From Stegostoma tigrinum (lineage: Eukaryota): a DNA stretch of 63,825 nucleotides. Shown piece by piece: positions 59,790 to 63,825 of this stretch (position 1 is its first letter; the number at the start of each line of letters is the position of its first letter). Where the stretch lies: the NCBI RefSeq assembly GCF_030684315.1, contig NC_081354.1:52480434-52544258 (forward strand), given 5' to 3'. Under the pieces are notes generated by a model. The model saw only the letters and a list, made by a program, of their open reading frames with translations. It was not told the DNA's origin and did not search any database. Made by a program: the position numbers and the translations under genes.

Positions 59790-60230
59790 CTGAGGTCCTG
59801 TACTTCCTCTGTGTATTTCTGTGGACATAGTGGATACCTGGCATCTCTCAACTGAGCATGCAAAACATTGGATTGCAGTCAGGAGGGAGTGCCCCTGAAG
59901 TCCTCAACATTATCTTCTGACCCGATCAAGTCTTATGATATCAGGTTAAACATGGACAAGGAAACAGTCTGCTGATTACCCCTCCCAGCTTGGCTTAGAT
60001 GATGAATCAGTACACCTCCAGCAACTGAACAAACCTTGATTTGCACTGAACAAGGGCAACAGAAATGTAAATGTGCCGCAGTTTGCAAGATCCCCTCCCA
60101 GTAACACACCAAACTGTCTTGGAATTATAACACTGTTCTTTCAGTATTACTGGGTGGAAAATCCTCCGGCTCCCAACCTAACACAATTGTAGATTTACTT
60201 AGTACCACACAGATTTCAGAAGTTTAACGT
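59790..60230 (+). mobile_element. Decayed fragment of the tRNA-headed LINE family
   Basis: cagtcaggagggagtgcccctgaagtcctcaacatt...caggttaaacatggacaaggaaac matches 43140-43290. Confidence 0.6.
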
Positions 60231-61270
60231 ATGATTGCTAAATTTTCTGATGACAAAAATGTGGAGTAAGTTGTGAAGAGGACATAGGAGTCTGTAAAAT
60301 AACATAGATAGTTAGAATGGGTGGGCAAAAAATTCAAAAATGAAGTATAGTGTGGGAGCATTTGAGCTTTTCCACTTAGATGAAGAATAGAAAATCAGTA
60401 TATTTAAATGGAGAAGGATCACAGAACTTTTTAGAACAGAGGGATTTGGGTGATTGGTACATGATTCTCAAAATGTTAGCATGTAAGTACATCAGGTTAT
60501 TAGGAAGGCAGATTGAAAGTAGCCAATTATTGCAAGGATAATGTATATTAAAATGGAGAAATTTTGCTACACTTGTACGGGGTTTTGATGAGACTAGATC
60601 TAGGGTGCTGTGAAGTTTTGACTTTGTAATTTATTGAGGGACATAAATGCAATGGAGGCAGTTCTAAGAAGGTTCATTCAATTGACTCCTGGGACATGGA
60701 GGTAATCTTATGAAGAAAGGTTAAGCAAGCTGGACCTGTATCTTTTGGAGTTGAGAAGACTGACAGATTATTTTACTAAAACCTTATGTATTTTACTAAA
60801 ACCGTATATCAAAATAATATCCTGAACTCTAATGAAGAGTCATCTAGATGAAAAATATTACCTTGCTCTCTCTTCATGCTGCCTGACCTGCTGTGATTTC
60901 CACACGTTTCCAGTAAAGATCCTGGGAGGGCTTGACATGATAGTTGGTGAAATGATGTTTCCTTGTGAGCGAGATTAGAATGAGGAGAAACGGTTTAAAA
61001 ATACAAACTCTCCCATTCAATACAGAGTAGATTACAGTTTTTTTCTCTGACGTTTTATTAATTCATGGAATTCTCCTCCCTCAGAACCGAGGCGTGTCTT
61101 TAAATATTTATAAGGCTGAGTTACATACTTTATTCTTCAACCCCCTTGTTAATCAAAGCATAAGCAGGAAAATTTGAACTAATTTCAGACTAGCCGTGAT
61201 CATATCAATTGACAGAGCAAACTGATGGGGTGAACATGCTATTCCTGCTCCTAGTTCATAAGCATACATT
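60225..61270 (+). mobile_element. Old CR1 3' fragment
   Basis: Degenerate IAKFSDD, QRDLGV and YEERLSKLDL motifs. Confidence 0.65.
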
Positions 61271-61309
61271 TATGTGACCTGAACTCAAAATTGAAACTGA
61301 CCGCCTAGG

Positions 61310-61600
61310 ACAGCACTGAAGGAATACTACTAGAAGTGCTAACTTCTGGATGAAGCATTACGCCAAGCTCCAGTCTGCTTTTTAAGATGGTTTTGAAAGA
61401 TACCATAGTATTATTTTGAAGATGTGTTATCCCTCAGCCAATATTTGTCCCTCAATCAAAAATGGAAAAATAAATCATTTCTTAAAATGGCTTTACACTT
61501 AGTGCGGAAACTGGCTGCCATGTTTGCAACATTGCAAAAATACTTAATTGGCTGTAAAGCACGTTGCATTGATCCAGAGTCATAGGTGATGCTATAAAAA
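61310..61600 (+). mobile_element. DeuSINE/SacSINE-like SINE fragment
   Basis: gccaatatttgtccctcaa...tacttaattggctgtaaagcac tail. Confidence 0.55.
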
Positions 61601-62319
61601 ACCTAGTTCTTATTTAATGGAGTTCTGTGCCAAGGATCCAAGTTTCTTTGTTTATTTCTTTCTAGTTTTGATGCTTTGTTTAATTTCTTAAAGTTGATAA
61701 AGGTGATTTCCGTAATACTATGTGTTTTAAGGCGTTGCTTATCCTACTAATATGAAATTTGATATGTTGGACTTAAATCCCAGAATTTCTACCAAAATAG
61801 TAACTGTTGGCACAAAAATTGTAGCTATCATAGTTCTCAGAAACCATTTCATAGGTGTAGTCACTAATTACAGCTTTGAAAAAATTACTGAAGGTACATT
61901 GTACAGGTCTTTGTGGTTTCTGGCTTACCCTTCATCTAATACGTATGCATGCACCTAAATCTGTATGGAAAATTAATTATTTGTCAGCACAGAACATTGC
62001 ATTTCTTAGGTAGATATCTTTAAATTGTATTTGACCTTCAAGTGATAATTGTGTTCTGTCTATATGTGAATGCCTTACACCTGTATTGTGACATTGCATA
62101 AGGAATTGATGATTTTAAGTACCAGATGGAGTGCAGAAGTAATCCTTTGCTTCTCCCATTCCTCTTCTAATCACAACAAAGTTTGAATTTAAAAAGTGAG
62201 GTTATATGGTCAATTCTATTTAGACGTTAAACTCATACAGATTGGTGTCAGAAACAAGTCAGGCAAGCCCCTTAAGCAACAGTTAAGTTGCTAATTTATT
62301 GCAAGCAAAACCTATTCAG

Positions 62320-63825
62320 CTAAAATTTGTATCCCAGGTTGCTTTGGGAGGCGGGGTAGGAAATTGCAGACATTTTGTCTCAAACCTTTAATTCCTGTCT
62401 GGCCACAGGGCAAGAGGGCTGGAGCGCGGCTAATGTGGTTTCACATTTAAAGAAGAGGGTGGACAGGATAAACTGGAGAATTATATTTCCACTGACTCTC
62501 ACATCATTGAGAGGGAAACTGTTGGAAAAAGTTCTGAAGGAAAGAATCAATCTCTACTTGGAGTTCTAAGGTTTGATCAGGGATAGTCAGCATAGCTTTT
62601 TCTATGAGGTTATGCCTGAAAAAATTAATTGAAGTTTTCAAGTTGATGACCAAGTGAATATTTGAAGAAGTTTAAATGAATTTCAGAGCCTTTGATAAGG
62701 TCTCACTTGGTAGACTGATGAAGAAGGTAAAAACACTTGCGATTCAGGTTAACTTGACAAAATGCATCCAAAACTAGCTTTGTGGAAAAGAGACAGCTAG
62801 ATGGTGATAGAAGACTGTTTTGTGTAACTAAAGGCTGTTGTCCAGTGGTGTACCACAGAAAGCAGTGCTGGGTCCATTATTGTTAGTGATCTATAATAAG
62901 TACTTTGTAGATGACACATAGATTGGTTGGGAGGTTAATAGTGAGGAAAAGGGCTTGAGTTACAGGAAAATGTGGACAGGTTGGGCAAAAAGACAGATCT
63001 GTGACAGGAGGAATTTAACCCTGAAAAGTGTTAGGTGATGCACTTTGGAAGAACTAATTAGATAAGGAAATACTTAATGAATGGCAGGACATTCGGAAGC
63101 TCAGAGGAACAGAAGGATCTTGGGATGGTTGTCCACAAAGTACTTTGTAGATGACACATAGATTGGTTGGGAGGTTAATAGTGAGGAAAAGGGCTTGAGT
63201 TACAGGAAAATGTGGACAGGTTGGGCAAAAAGACAGATCTGTGACAGGAGGAATTTAACCCTGAAAAGTGTTAGGTGATGCACTTTGGAAGAACTAATTA
63301 GATAAGGAAATACTTAATGAATGGCAGGACATTCGGAAGCTCAGAGGAACAGAAGGATCTTGGGATGGTTGTCCACAACCCCTGAAGGCAACAGTTTAAT
63401 AGGTGGTTAAGAAGGCAGACAGGACACTTATCTTTATCATGGCATACATAATAAGAGCAAGGAGGTCATGTTCAAACTGTACAAAACTTTGGTTTGGCCA
63501 CAATTGGGTTACTGTGTGTTGTTCTGGTTACCACACTTTAGAAAGGATGCGATTAGGCTGGGGTGGGGTGGGTGCAGAGGAGATTCATCGGGGTGTTGCT
63601 GAGTTGGGGTATTTTAAGTAGGAAGAGAAGCTGGATTGGTTCAGGTTGTTTTCTTTAAAGCAAAGAAGGCTAAGGGAGGATGTGATTGAGGTGTTTAAAC
63701 TTACGAGTGACTTGGACAGAGTAGATAGAAAGCAGATGTTCCCCTTAGTTAAAGGGTCAATAACAAGGGAACATAATTTTAAGGTGAAGGCAAGTGGTTG
63801 AAAAGGGATTGAAGGAAATTTCTTC
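62320..63825 (+). mobile_element. Decayed CR1 LINE RT region running off the window end
   Basis: ANVV..., LTS..GKLLEKVLKERI, SQHSF, AFDKV, GVPQ..VLGPLL, FVDDT and VMHFGRTN. Confidence 0.85.
62898..63377 (+). repeat. Perfect 240-bp tandem duplication
   Basis: 62898-63137 is identical to 63138-63377 by line-for-line comparison. Confidence 0.95.

Noticed and set aside
60769-60803. Short direct repeat TATTTTACTAAAACC twice
   Set aside because: An ordinary slippage-type duplication next to a repeat insertion.

Overview
Vertebrate nuclear DNA, almost certainly a cartilaginous fish (shark), inferred from the repeat families. The window lies inside ARFIP1 (arfaptin-1) on the + strand: the first coding exon is 5136-5234 (ATG at 5145, MAEPPARDSAAEIPVTSNGD...), the next exon is 50568-50676, and a ~45.3 kb intron separates them. 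Most of the rest is transposon-derived: Penelope-like elements (PLEs, Neptune-type GIY-YIG), CR1 LINEs (one young copy with an open RT frame), a Rex1/Babar LINE, a tRNA-headed LINE with its matching SINE, V-SINE/HE1-type and DeuSINE-type SINEs, and one solo LTR. The most notable signal is a set of minimal hammerhead ribozyme motifs (CUGANGA-stem-GAAA) at the PLE ends. They occur in several families with different stem sequences, in small inverted mini-elements flanked by 7-17 bp target-site duplications (TSDs), and as a direct pair enclosing an open, RT-less GIY-YIG ORF (27791-29117). Also notable: an orphan CpG-rich promoter-like island at ~45.1-45.7 kb, a 42-bp microinversion, a locally duplicated enhancer-like block and a perfect 240-bp tandem duplication. 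All calls are by eye, and the boundaries of decayed repeats are approximate.
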